From: Bdellovibrionota bacterium
GTDB taxonomy: Bacteria; Bdellovibrionota_C; UBA2361; OMIW01
Direction of reading: 5' to 3'
NCBI GenBank assembly: GCA_044235645.1
Contig: JBIIHQ010000003.1
Span: 320 to 64,319 of the forward strand
DNA length: 64,000 nucleotides
Made by a program: the position numbers and the translations under genes. The notes under the pieces are model-generated. The model did no database searches and was not told the DNA's origin. It saw nothing but the letters and a program-made list of their open reading frames with translations. Each line of letters opens with the position of its first letter. Within the stretch, counting starts at the first letter, position 1. Positions 19,870-29,284 of this stretch are shown here, in pieces.

Positions 19870-20343
19870 ATGAAAAAGAACTACCTCATCGACCTTGGCG
19901 AACGCTCGGTTACTGCCACCCTCCTCGACCGCTCGGGCCCTCGGCTCACCTTTGCCGTCGAGGGAACGACCTATAGCGTCACCGTTCGTCCGGAGCTCTC
20001 GCCTCCGACATTCTCGGGGGTGATGCCTCTCTCAGGACCGATTACACCAGCGAGTTCTTCACGAGAACAATCTCCTCCCACTCATTCCGTCGCCCACTCG
20101 GTACACTCCGCCGAACAGGTTACGAGCCCACTTCCCGGAATGGTCGCCGCGATCCTTGTAAAGGTCGGCCAAACGGTTGCTCCTGGTACCCCGCTGGCGG
20201 TCGTTGAAGCGATGAAGATGGAGAACTCTGTGCCCGCTACGCAGGGGGGTGTCATAGCTGAGATATTCGTCACTGTTGGGCAGGAGATCTCCGTGGGCGA
20301 TGTGTTGATGCGGTTGGAGAAAAAGGATATCGCAGTCTCATGA
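19870..20343 (+). CDS. Biotin carboxyl carrier protein (biotinyl domain)
   Basis: AVVEAMKMEN has the biotinyl-lysine AMKM motif. The sequence ends in a lipoyl/biotinyl hammerhead pattern. Confidence 0.8.
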   Translation: MKKNYLIDLGERSVTATLLDRSGPRLTFAVEGTTYSVTVRPELSPPTFSGVMPLSGPITPASSSREQSPPTHSVAHSVHSAEQVTSPLPGMVAAILVKVGQTVAPGTPLAVVEAMKMENSVPATQGGVIAEIFVTVGQEISVGDVLMRLEKKDIAVS

Positions 20344-20546
20344 CCCCCGACGATCCCCCCCCCACGCGCGACGAAGAGCTCGACGAGCTTATCGAACACC
20401 TCCATACCGTCGCGTGTGAGCGTGGAGAAACAAGCTATCGAGATCCCGCGACCGGATACGTCGTATTTACCCGACTACATCACCTCTCGCGCGGCTCGTG
20501 CTGCGGGAGTGGTTGTCGGCACTGTCCGTGGCAGGAAGAGGATTAG
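20340..20546 (+). CDS. DUF5522-like Cys-rich small protein
   Basis: 68 aa ending GYVVFTRLHHLSRGSCCGSGCRHCPW, which matches the CCGxGCRHCP family signature. Confidence 0.4.
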   Translation: MTPDDPPPTRDEELDELIEHLHTVACERGETSYRDPATGYVVFTRLHHLSRGSCCGSGCRHCPWQEED

Positions 20547-20982
20547 TCACCCATCCTCGAACCTTCACCACCCGCCCATTATCGTCACTCTCCTCTCCGA
20601 ACCCGAGGGTTATCTCTCGCTGCGGAAACTCACCCCATGCCGTCATTCTTTCACACCATTCAATCAATCGAATCACGTGAGACGCGGGGGGCTCAAGAAG
20701 CTCGGGGACCGGTTCGCGCACCCGGTAGAGATCCCAGTGCTCGATCAGAATTCCTGAGGTCGTCGGATATTCGAACGAGAGCACGTAGGTCGGTGAGGAA
20801 ACCGGAACAGTGCTCCCGAGCGCCTCACAGAGCGAGCGGATGAAGGTTGTCTTTCCCGCGCCAAGCTCTCCTGAAAAACCGATCGTGTCCGGGGCTCGCA
20901 CCGATAGCGCCAAACAACGCGCGAGCGCGGCGACTGCCTCCTCGTTTCCGCAGAAATACTCGTTTTCGTCAGCGCAGCTCAT
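20467..20982 (-). CDS. tsaE: tRNA threonylcarbamoyladenosine biosynthesis protein TsaE
   Basis: GELGAGKTTFIRSLCEALG is a Walker A motif in a protein of about 150 aa. The family is YjeE/TsaE. Confidence 0.8.
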   Translation of the reverse strand: MSCADENEYFCGNEEAVAALARCLALSVRAPDTIGFSGELGAGKTTFIRSLCEALGSTVPVSSPTYVLSFEYPTTSGILIEHWDLYRVREPVPELLEPPASHVIRLIEWCERMTAWGEFPQREITLGFGEESDDNGRVVKVRGWVTNPLPATDSADNHSRSTSRARGDVVG

Positions 20983-21059
20983 TTTTATTCGCCATCACAC
21001 GTCGCCGTCACCATTCGTCGGGATTATTGCCCGAGTCTCGAAGCAATCGCAAACGTCGC

Positions 21060-22937
21060 CTATGATACGCAGTACCGAGGCGCGATCACTGGTGCCACCA
21101 CCTCACTTATCGCACGCGCTACTTCGTGCGCAACCAAACCTCTCGCAGAACGGGACTCATCGCCGCCCTCGCCGCCACGCTGACCGCTCGCGTAATACCC
21201 AGCCTCCGTATGAATCAGCACCCCCTCGGCGGCGATTATTCCCCATGTCGGCGAAGCCCCCCCCAATCGCTCCTCTCGCGCACGTGCCTGAGCGCAGAGC
21301 CCTCCGATTATTCCCGCGAGAACATCACCACTCCCCGCTGTTGCGAGGGAAGCCGGACCAGGCGGAATGAGCCAATACCGCTCGCTGTCGGCGATCACCG
21401 TCCCGGCTCCTTTGAGCACGATGGTGCATCCGTAGCGAGTTGCGAGCGCACGCGCCGAGTCTACCGGTTCGGCCTCGATGTGAGCCGAGTCCACTCCAAG
21501 CAACCGCGCCGCCTCGCCGTGATGTGGAGTGAGAATCCACTTTTTTTCTCTCGATGGAAAAGCAAGCGCCCCCCCACTCGACGCGATCAGCGTTAAGCCA
21601 TCAGCATCGATCACAACAGGCAGTTCCCGTCGATGCTCCGCAAGATAGCCCAGCAGCTCACCGAGGAAAAATCGCGTCTCCGCTGCTCGCCCGAGCCCCG
21701 GTCCAACGACGACTGCATGGGCTCCCGCGATTGCCGTCACCACCCGCTCACCGTGCACCGACGCGAAGCACGCACCTTTGCCCACCACCACCCGCAGCAC
21801 CTCGGGCCGAATCCACGACTGGTCGATTTCCGTCGTCCGACATTGCACCACAAGACCGGCCCCCACCCGTTGCGCGGCCTCTGAAACAAGAGCGGGGGCC
21901 CCGGGCATCTCACGCTCCCCACCCACAACAACGACCCGCCCTCGCTGGAACTTATGCACATTCGGGGCACACGGGATGACACATGAAGGGATAGCCCCGC
22001 GCCGCACCGATTTTCGCGCCGTCATCCCCATCCCCTGCGGCTCGCGCTCACCCTGAATCCCACCCTCAATAACCCGAAGTTCGCCACAAACATGAAAGGC
22101 TGGCGCGAGGAGGCATCCGCGCTTTATTCCCTGAACGGTGAGGGTGAGGTCAGCTACAATCCACTGGTCAAAAACACGACCCGATTCGGCACACACCCCA
22201 GTGGGGAGATCAACCGCGATAACCCGGCGCGGGCATCCTCCAGTGCTGACACCGTCGGACTCTTTCAAGCCTCCCCTCTCACCCCGCTGCCACCGCTCAA
22301 CCGCAGCCACCATTCGATTGATCGACCCCTGTGGCGCCCCCCGCTGTCCCGTTCCGAGGAGGGCATCCACGAGAACAGAAGCCCCCGAGATCACCCGATC
22401 AAGCTCGGCATCATCGAGTTCCGTTGGCTCCCGTTCCCCGAATTCGATCCCCCAGCGATCCTGCGGAATCTCCCCGACAACAAAACACCCTCCTCGCCCT
22501 GACTTACTGTCAGCTTTCCACCAACTCCCCTCGAATAGCTCCGCCGCGCTCTCGCGCCATACGGTACTCCTTTGGCTTCCGCCGACAAGAACCACCTGAA
22601 TCGACAACCCCTCCTCGCGCAGAACCCGCGCAATCACCAACCCGTCTCCGCCATTATTCCCCGGCCCCACGAGTACGACGACAGGACCGTCAGAGGTCCC
22701 ATCCAAGCCCCCCCGATGACGCCGAATTTCAGCGCATATCTCCCGACCAATCGCCTCCCCCACCCGACGCATCAAGATAAAGGAAGCCGACCACCCGGTT
22801 GATGATATCTCCGACGACGCTGCGATCTCATCGATAGTGCGCCGGTCCGCAGCCTGCATCTCAGCTACGCTCCAGACAGGAGTCACCACGATTGATCCCG
22901 GGTCGAGGAGTGATGCGGGAGAGGATGGCGGTGCCAT
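21060..22937 (-). CDS. nnr: Bifunctional NAD(P)H-hydrate repair enzyme Nnr (epimerase/dehydratase)
   Basis: The N-terminal VVLVGPGNNGGDGLVIARVL segment belongs to the YjeF_N domain. The C-terminal HAVVVGPGLG...GSGDVLAG segment belongs to the carbohydrate-kinase domain. Confidence 0.9.
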   Translation of the reverse strand: MAPPSSPASLLDPGSIVVTPVWSVAEMQAADRRTIDEIAASSEISSTGWSASFILMRRVGEAIGREICAEIRRHRGGLDGTSDGPVVVLVGPGNNGGDGLVIARVLREEGLSIQVVLVGGSQRSTVWRESAAELFEGSWWKADSKSGRGGCFVVGEIPQDRWGIEFGEREPTELDDAELDRVISGASVLVDALLGTGQRGAPQGSINRMVAAVERWQRGERGGLKESDGVSTGGCPRRVIAVDLPTGVCAESGRVFDQWIVADLTLTVQGIKRGCLLAPAFHVCGELRVIEGGIQGEREPQGMGMTARKSVRRGAIPSCVIPCAPNVHKFQRGRVVVVGGEREMPGAPALVSEAAQRVGAGLVVQCRTTEIDQSWIRPEVLRVVVGKGACFASVHGERVVTAIAGAHAVVVGPGLGRAAETRFFLGELLGYLAEHRRELPVVIDADGLTLIASSGGALAFPSREKKWILTPHHGEAARLLGVDSAHIEAEPVDSARALATRYGCTIVLKGAGTVIADSERYWLIPPGPASLATAGSGDVLAGIIGGLCAQARAREERLGGASPTWGIIAAEGVLIHTEAGYYASGQRGGEGGDESRSARGLVAHEVARAISEVVAPVIAPRYCVS

Positions 22938-23088
22938 GGGAGGGTCAGTTTTAGCAAAGGAGGAGCTTAATACTCAGAATAACTCAGGACGAACAAAGCC
23001 CACGGGGCGCGCGCCAAACCGGGACTCTCCCCGCAATCTTCGCATGATGCCCTCGTCTCCGATACGGGCGGTCGTAGATGGACCCCCC

Positions 23089-23160
23089 GGGGTGTCTGAG
23101 ACCTTAGGACCTTGGGGTGAGACCACCCCCTTGCTCGGGGTGTCAGAGACCTCGGGGTAG
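23089..23160. repeat. Tandem GC-rich repeat (two or three copies of GGGGTGTC[T/A]GAGACC(T)) in the nnr-pilin intergenic region
   Basis: ggggtgtctgagacc...ggggtgagacc...ggggtgtcagagacc is seen directly. It is related to the motifs at 62247, 63229 and 63309. Confidence 0.6.
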
Positions 23161-23371
23161 GATACCGAGCTGAGCCCCCCAAAAAATCCCCTCGAATCAC
23201 ACAACAATTTTCTCCCCGTTACGATACCTAACCATCCCTGCGCATCCGCCCCTCCGCGATGCGATGCTCGCTCCCGATTGCAATCGCCAGTTCGGCCTCG
23301 CTCGAGCGTCACCTCTCCTTCGAGAGGAACCACATTTCATTTTTGTGTCTGACTATTCAGGAACATCTTCC

Positions 23372-23776
23372 ATGAGCCAATCACGTAACCATCCCATTCC
23401 CCCCATCATCCCTGAGCGCGGCTTCACCCTCCTCGAGCTCCTCGTCGCCCTCGTCATTATCAGCGTCCTCACCGCAACCGCCCTCCCCGAATACCGCCGA
23501 TTCCGCCAACAGGCCTTCGACAACCGAGCCCTCACCGACCTCAGGACCGTTGCGCTCGGAGAGGAGGCGTATTTTCTCGAGAATGAGAAATATTTTTCGT
23601 GCAGGAATGAAACGTGTGCGACATTGCCCGGCGTGAATCGCATATCTGAGGGGACAGACGTCGTGGTGGAGGGATCCGACGAGGGGTGGACCGGAGAGGC
23701 AAAACACCCGCGGGGGACTGGCCGGGTGTGGCGATGGGATAGTTCGCGGGGAGGGTTGGAGTTTGACCGAGATTAA
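23372..23776 (+). CDS. Prepilin-type N-terminal cleavage/methylation domain protein (type IV pilin / pseudopilin)
   Basis: The leader MSQSRNHPIPPIIPERG is followed by FTLLELLVALVIISVLTATALPEYRR, the classic G|FTLLE class-III signal with E+5. The ORF starts at 23264, so the internal Met was used. Confidence 0.7.
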   Translation: MSQSRNHPIPPIIPERGFTLLELLVALVIISVLTATALPEYRRFRQQAFDNRALTDLRTVALGEEAYFLENEKYFSCRNETCATLPGVNRISEGTDVVVEGSDEGWTGEAKHPRGTGRVWRWDSSRGGLEFDRD

Positions 23777-23805
23777 CTTCTCCACGCTAGAAAAGGCGAA
23801 GAAGA

Positions 23806-25182
23806 ATGAATTCACAGTACGGAACCAAAAGGAATCCCGACTTGAGGGTCGTAACCCCAAGTGACAGTACCGCACACTTACCGGAGAGCGGCGCGGAATT
23901 CTGTGAGTTAGTCAGGTGGGGCCTCGAAGGCACCGATGGGACAGATCAACAAGTGCTGCAAGTTGCAGAGGATATCCTTCTTGAATTATCAACAGACTTC
24001 GATGAGTCCCCGTCGCCCTCGAGCCGAGTCGCAGCGGTTTATAATCTTCTGAGAAACGCCCCTGATCTTCAGGAAAGGCTGTGGAAGGAGATTGTCGGAG
24101 ATAACGATACAAATAAGGTTGAAGAACTTGTCAAAAGTCATCAGATATCATTTGTGACATCCCGACCAGCTTTAAGAAATGACCTGCTTCAAACCCCAAA
24201 TGCCCGAGAGTCAGTCGGCATCATTGCCGATGCGTTGCTCATGGCTCATCCCGATAAGAAAAGCGTTAATTCCCTAATGGCCTCGCTCGACCCAGCTGCA
24301 TTCCGGTTTATCGGCGATGATGGTATCTCGGTTCTGCGGAGTTGGGCAGGGTTCGATTCCGTGGCTCCCGGTGATTTATCCGACATCCCGAAAATAGTAG
24401 CGAGGGCAGTTAACGGGATTAGGCTTAGATCGCGAGCGCAGGATGAGCAGGCTGAAACCTTGGTGAACCGCATGTTACAGTATCCGAGGGACGCATTTGA
24501 AGGAGGATTTAAAACACAATCGGGCCGACAAGTACGCGAGTTCGATCCGGATTCGCTAAAACAATCAGTGACTCGTTTTCTGTCGAAACTTCGTACGTTC
24601 CAGGGATTGGATGGTCATCCGGATGAGTCAACTATCAACCAATATGGATCCTCCCTTCCCGAGATGTCCGAGTTCGCTGCTCTGTCACCTCGGTGTAAAC
24701 AAGATGTTCTGAATGGATTGGCAGCGGGAAGGGACAAAATAGAACAGCTGCTCACAAGTCGAATGCAAGCCGAATGTATCGGGCATGATTGCGAAATGCT
24801 AGCAGCCAGAATTCTTGAGAAAATGGACTCTCTTGAAGGCATGAGTGGGATCTCTTTCGTCCAATCAAGAAAGGAGTCAGATACCGACCATCACGGTGTG
24901 GATTTTCGCGTTACAACTCCATACGGGGTGGCTCATATCGACGTCAAAGGGAGTTATTCGGCAGAGCACTCAAGTGATGCCGAAAGAGCCGATTTCTCCA
25001 ATCGGAGGGGATTAGCGAGGGGAATAGCATTTCTACCAAATGATAACGGCTCAGTTCGCATTTACCGATTTCCTGAGCAAGCGGTTGTCAATCGGTCGCT
25101 ATCGGAGAATGAAATAGCGGGCAATATTAGTTCAGCAATCAAAAGAGCCTTAACTCTTCCCCCACATCTTCTTGGTCAGTAA
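23806..25182 (+). CDS. Hypothetical 458-aa protein in a lower-GC island. It may have a C-terminal PD-(D/E)xK-like segment.
   Basis: Long clean ORF. GC of this gene is about 47-50%, against about 58% for the flanking genes. No known domain recognised. The C-terminal HHGVDFRVTTPYGVAHIDVKGSYS segment has a D...(I)DVK arrangement. Confidence 0.5.
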   Translation: MNSQYGTKRNPDLRVVTPSDSTAHLPESGAEFCELVRWGLEGTDGTDQQVLQVAEDILLELSTDFDESPSPSSRVAAVYNLLRNAPDLQERLWKEIVGDNDTNKVEELVKSHQISFVTSRPALRNDLLQTPNARESVGIIADALLMAHPDKKSVNSLMASLDPAAFRFIGDDGISVLRSWAGFDSVAPGDLSDIPKIVARAVNGIRLRSRAQDEQAETLVNRMLQYPRDAFEGGFKTQSGRQVREFDPDSLKQSVTRFLSKLRTFQGLDGHPDESTINQYGSSLPEMSEFAALSPRCKQDVLNGLAAGRDKIEQLLTSRMQAECIGHDCEMLAARILEKMDSLEGMSGISFVQSRKESDTDHHGVDFRVTTPYGVAHIDVKGSYSAEHSSDAERADFSNRRGLARGIAFLPNDNGSVRIYRFPEQAVVNRSLSENEIAGNISSAIKRALTLPPHLLGQ

Positions 25183-25290
25183 GCAAGATTTTCTGATGAG
25201 ATTCCGCTCTCGCGTGTGGAGAAATAGACTGATGAGATGATTGAGTTTATAACGAGAACATCCGTTTTTTAGTTCCGCCCGCCCCCCCCA

Positions 25291-26880
25291 ATGCCCAACC
25301 TCATCATCATTAACATTGACGGCCTCAAACCCGCCACCCTTGCCGATGGCCTTGCCGCGGGGAGTTTGCCTCATCTTGCTTCGATCCTCCTCCCTTCCCC
25401 GCACTCCCAACCTCTTACCTTCAGCCTCATCTCCCCCGCCCCGTCGACTACCTTCACCTGTCAGGGTTCGTTCATAACCGGCGCCTCTCCTGGACAGCAT
25501 CGGGTGGTGGGGAATCAGTTTTTCGATCGTCTCGGGACGAACTCTCGAGGGAAACCTCGTCATTATGGCCTCGATGTGGGAGATTCTTTGTCGTATGACG
25601 ATGCAGTTGGGGTGTTTCGGCCCGTTGTGGCAGTGGATACGGTTTCAATCTCGGACTTAGGTTTCTCATCCTCCCACCCACCGAACTCGGGTCTTGCCGA
25701 CCGGCTCATGCCCTCCGATTTGCCGACCGTCTTTCAGTCAGCCGCCTCTCGTGGCCTCACGAGTGCGGCTATTCACTTTATGTACGGCCGAGGCTCGTCC
25801 GCGTGGGTACGGCCGAACCTGCTCGATCTCGCTCGGTTTAAGCGGGGGGGGGCGGTGTGGGGATTATCACCAGAGGCGTTTGATCGGCGAATGGTCGAGC
25901 GTTTTCGAGGGTTGCTCAGCCACGCCGCTCAGCCTCCTCACCTACTGCTTTTGTACTTTATGGGTCTTGATATGACCTCGCACCTGCAGGGGCCGCAGGC
26001 CCAGGCAGAGTATCTGATGCGGGTAATCGATCCACTCGTGGGGGAGATCCTCACCACCCTGGCAAAACGCGGCTATCGAAACGGTACCACCTTTATTGTG
26101 ATGTCAGACCATGGGCAGGTCGCCGTTACTCCCGATGAGCGTCATGCTCTCCGGATTGGTAACCCCTTCACGAAGCCTCACCACGAATTCTGCGACATGC
26201 TGACCTCAGGGGGCGGAAGATTACACCGATTCCCCACGACGGAGGGACGTTCTGAAATCATCTGCACCCCCAATGGAGGTCTCGCCCACCTTTACCTTCG
26301 CGACCACGCGGCTCCGTGGCACGAGCCACCGTCCTTTGAATCTCGGGTACTCCCCCTTGCCCTCACCCTGGCGGAGGCGAGCGGTGGGAGCTCCAGCGAT
26401 TTGCCAATCGCCCCCGATGCCTTCTCCGCGGTCCTTGTCCGAAACACGGCAGCGGCGGGATGGCACGCTCCGTATGACGGAGTCGCCCCGACCGGTGCCC
26501 TTATTCCGCTCCCTGAGTTCTTTGCTCACCCCTCTTTTGCTCCGTATAGCGAACCAGCCCGGCGGATCAGCGAGCTCGCGGTCCCGGAGAGTGGTGACAT
26601 CATACTGTTGGCAAACACGGAACACGGCTACGCGTTCGGCGGGCCTCTGAAAGGGCAGCACGGAGGACTGCACCACGAAGAATCAGTCTGTACATTCGCC
26701 GTCGGGACACAGTGGCTGGCAAACAACGAGCAAACAGCGGACGGAGGACGGAAAGATGTTGAGCGCAGAATAGAGATATCGCTCCACACTGAGCGGGCAC
26801 AGCATCAACGTCACTACAATTCCCTCTCAGATGTGGCAGCTGTCACAGCAGCGATCCTCCCACCCTTAAAAATGTCCTGA
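25291..26880 (+). CDS. Alkaline-phosphatase-superfamily enzyme (type I phosphodiesterase / nucleotide pyrophosphatase-like)
   Basis: The N-terminal LIIINIDGLKPATL segment contains the metal-binding DG motif. FIVMSDHGQ and a later HGG pair are typical of the AP superfamily. Confidence 0.65.
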   Translation: MPNLIIINIDGLKPATLADGLAAGSLPHLASILLPSPHSQPLTFSLISPAPSTTFTCQGSFITGASPGQHRVVGNQFFDRLGTNSRGKPRHYGLDVGDSLSYDDAVGVFRPVVAVDTVSISDLGFSSSHPPNSGLADRLMPSDLPTVFQSAASRGLTSAAIHFMYGRGSSAWVRPNLLDLARFKRGGAVWGLSPEAFDRRMVERFRGLLSHAAQPPHLLLLYFMGLDMTSHLQGPQAQAEYLMRVIDPLVGEILTTLAKRGYRNGTTFIVMSDHGQVAVTPDERHALRIGNPFTKPHHEFCDMLTSGGGRLHRFPTTEGRSEIICTPNGGLAHLYLRDHAAPWHEPPSFESRVLPLALTLAEASGGSSSDLPIAPDAFSAVLVRNTAAAGWHAPYDGVAPTGALIPLPEFFAHPSFAPYSEPARRISELAVPESGDIILLANTEHGYAFGGPLKGQHGGLHHEESVCTFAVGTQWLANNEQTADGGRKDVERRIEISLHTERAQHQRHYNSLSDVAAVTAAILPPLKMS

Positions 26881-26929
26881 GAATACGAATCGCCTCGTCT
26901 CAGCCGTTCATTATCGGTTGACGCCATGC

Positions 26930-28249
26930 CTATACAATGGTGCCAGCGCTCATTAATACTCGACCAAAAATAACTTCGACGGCCCGGGTGTGCCGCTGCA
27001 CGTCGAATATCTCATCGATCCGTTCCCGCCCAAGCGCTTGCAGCGCCGTGTCATCGCTGAGAATCCTCTCATGAAAGCTTCGCGCCGCCGAGCCTTCATG
27101 AATGGCATCGTGCGCGTGACGTTGGACGATGCGGTACGCCTCTTCACGCGATATGCCGGCATCAGTAAGCGCTATAAGAACTGAGCCTGAAAAGATCGTC
27201 CCCCTGAGCAGTTCGAGGTTTGACTGCATTCTCTCAGGAAATACTTGGAGGCCTGTGATCAAACCATGAAGCCGATGCAACATATAGTGGGCGACGATGC
27301 AGCTATCGGGTGCGACTACCCGTTCAACCGAGCTATGGCTGATATCACGCTCATGCCACAACGGGACGTTCTCGATCGTGGCATGAGCGTATCCCCGGAG
27401 CAGCCGCGCGAGGCCGGTGATATTTTCCGCTGAGATAGGATTTTTCTTGTGGGGCATCGCAGACGAGCCCTTCTGCCCCTTCGAAAACCCCTCCTCAACC
27501 TCCCGCACCTCGGTTCGCTGGAGGTGTCGAAGCTCAACAGCAATTCGCTCGACACTCGCCCCGAGAAGCGCAAGCTCATTAAAAAACCGCGCGTGACGAT
27601 CGCGGTGAACGATTTGGGATGGGACCGATTCGGGCTGGAGTCCGAGTCGCGACAGGACATACTGCTCAACCGCCGGCGAGACTGAATGATAGGTCCCAAC
27701 CGCGCCTGCTATCTTACCGGTGCGAATATCCCGAATCGCTCCTGAGAATGAACATAGCCATCGCTGAAGCTCGGCGTACCACGAGAGCACCTTGAGCCCG
27801 AACGTCGTCGGCTCCGCATGGATACCGTGACTCCTTCCGATGCAGATCGTGAATTTATGCGCCAGCGCAAGCTCGCGGAGGGCCACGAGCACCTTCTCAC
27901 ACATGTTTTGTATGAGATCACCCGCCTCTCCCAGCTGCACCGCGAAGGCGGTATCGATTAGATCGCTCGACGTCATCCCCCGATGGAGAAAGCGCGCATC
28001 AGGACCGGCGACCTCGGCAACACTCGTGAGAAACGCGATAACATCGTGCTTAAGCTCACGTTCCAGTTCATCGGCTCTTGCGGGATTTGATATCGCCTTG
28101 CTCCGCACAGCAGCAGCAACGCCAGCGGGGACCACCCCCTCCTGCTCCATCCCCTCGAGCGCGAGCAACTCGACCTCGAGCCACGTCGAATACCGATGCT
28201 CATCGGACCAGATCGCTGCCATATCGGGGAGAGTATAACGAGAAATCAT
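26930..28249 (-). CDS. purB: Adenylosuccinate lyase
   Basis: MISRYTLPDMAAIWSDEHRYSTWLEVELLALE is a PurB-type N-terminus. The fumarate-lyase signature is present internally. Confidence 0.9.
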   Translation of the reverse strand: MISRYTLPDMAAIWSDEHRYSTWLEVELLALEGMEQEGVVPAGVAAAVRSKAISNPARADELERELKHDVIAFLTSVAEVAGPDARFLHRGMTSSDLIDTAFAVQLGEAGDLIQNMCEKVLVALRELALAHKFTICIGRSHGIHAEPTTFGLKVLSWYAELQRWLCSFSGAIRDIRTGKIAGAVGTYHSVSPAVEQYVLSRLGLQPESVPSQIVHRDRHARFFNELALLGASVERIAVELRHLQRTEVREVEEGFSKGQKGSSAMPHKKNPISAENITGLARLLRGYAHATIENVPLWHERDISHSSVERVVAPDSCIVAHYMLHRLHGLITGLQVFPERMQSNLELLRGTIFSGSVLIALTDAGISREEAYRIVQRHAHDAIHEGSAARSFHERILSDDTALQALGRERIDEIFDVQRHTRAVEVIFGRVLMSAGTIV

Positions 28250-28387
28250 GCGAGGGTGCCTTCTAATGAGGGGAGGTAATTGCCCTAATAAAGGATGAAT
28301 TGCGCAAAAAGTTCTTGACGAACGCGAGCATTACATGGAGACGGATGGTACCACCTATTTGATGAGCACGCACCTTATGAGGACGTA

Positions 28388-29224
28388 TCACCCCCCGACA
28401 GCCATTCCCTCCAGCAACCCTTCGACACAGAACAGCGGAGTCGCGGTATGCACACTGCCGTAGGTCAAGGTCGCGGTGTAGCCCGCGCTTCGGTGAGCAG
28501 CGAGAGCACGGGTACCCGCTGCGATGGCATGACTGGGGGTATTGCTGTTTTCACTGAGATGACCGAGCACCACCACCGAGAGCTGGGGATGGGCGCACCC
28601 CTCAAGCGCTTCAGCCATCGCATCGTTTGATAGATGGCCGTGCGCCGAGGCGATCCGTTGCTTGAGAGACCATGGATACTCACACTCTCGCAGCAACTCG
28701 AGATCGTGATTCGATTCGAGGACGATGGCGTTGGCCCCCTGAAGAGCAAAGGTGACATTCGGGGTGACCTTCCCAAGGTCAGTCGCCTGAACAAAACGAA
28801 ACCCTCCCCCCTCAATCGCAAATCCGAGAGGGTTGACCGCATCGTGCGCAATACGAAATGGGTGGATCGTGACCTCACCGAGCGAGAAGCTCTTTCCAGG
28901 GCTAATGTGCTCAACCGCAAAAAGGCCCTCGACCTCAGCCGCCGTCTCGGCGGTCGTGTACACCGGGAGCCGCATCCGGTTCGAGAGGACCCGAAGCCCC
29001 GCAATGTGGTCGGAATGTTCGTGGGTCAGGAGAATCCCCTGTACCGTCTTGAGGTCGACCCCCATATCGTGCAACCGCACCCCCGCCTGTCGCGCTGAGA
29101 GGCCACAATCGATAAGAAGTCGGGTATTACCCACCTCGATAAAGGTGCTGTTGGCAGCGCTACCACTCGCCAGGACTGAGAATCGCATGCGCGGGACCAT
29201 AGCACCCACGCGCGGCAACCTCAA
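28388..29224 (-). CDS. MBL-fold metallo-hydrolase
   Basis: FSVLASGSAANSTFIEV...LLIDCG...LLTHEHSDHIAGL carries the HxHxDH motif. Confidence 0.8.
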   Translation of the reverse strand: MRLPRVGAMVPRMRFSVLASGSAANSTFIEVGNTRLLIDCGLSARQAGVRLHDMGVDLKTVQGILLTHEHSDHIAGLRVLSNRMRLPVYTTAETAAEVEGLFAVEHISPGKSFSLGEVTIHPFRIAHDAVNPLGFAIEGGGFRFVQATDLGKVTPNVTFALQGANAIVLESNHDLELLRECEYPWSLKQRIASAHGHLSNDAMAEALEGCAHPQLSVVVLGHLSENSNTPSHAIAAGTRALAAHRSAGYTATLTYGSVHTATPLFCVEGLLEGMAVGG

Positions 29225-29284
29225 TGGATAAGAGGCAATACGAACACCTTCTCACAACGCATCAATCCTGATCAATAATCCTGA

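Noticed and set aside
22837-23333. ORFs 22837..23160 (plus) and 22974..23333 (minus) upstream of nnr
   Set aside because: They translate the tandem GGGGTGTCNGAGACC repeats, which gives the GVSET...GVSET periodicity. They sit in the divergent promoter region and are treated as non-coding.
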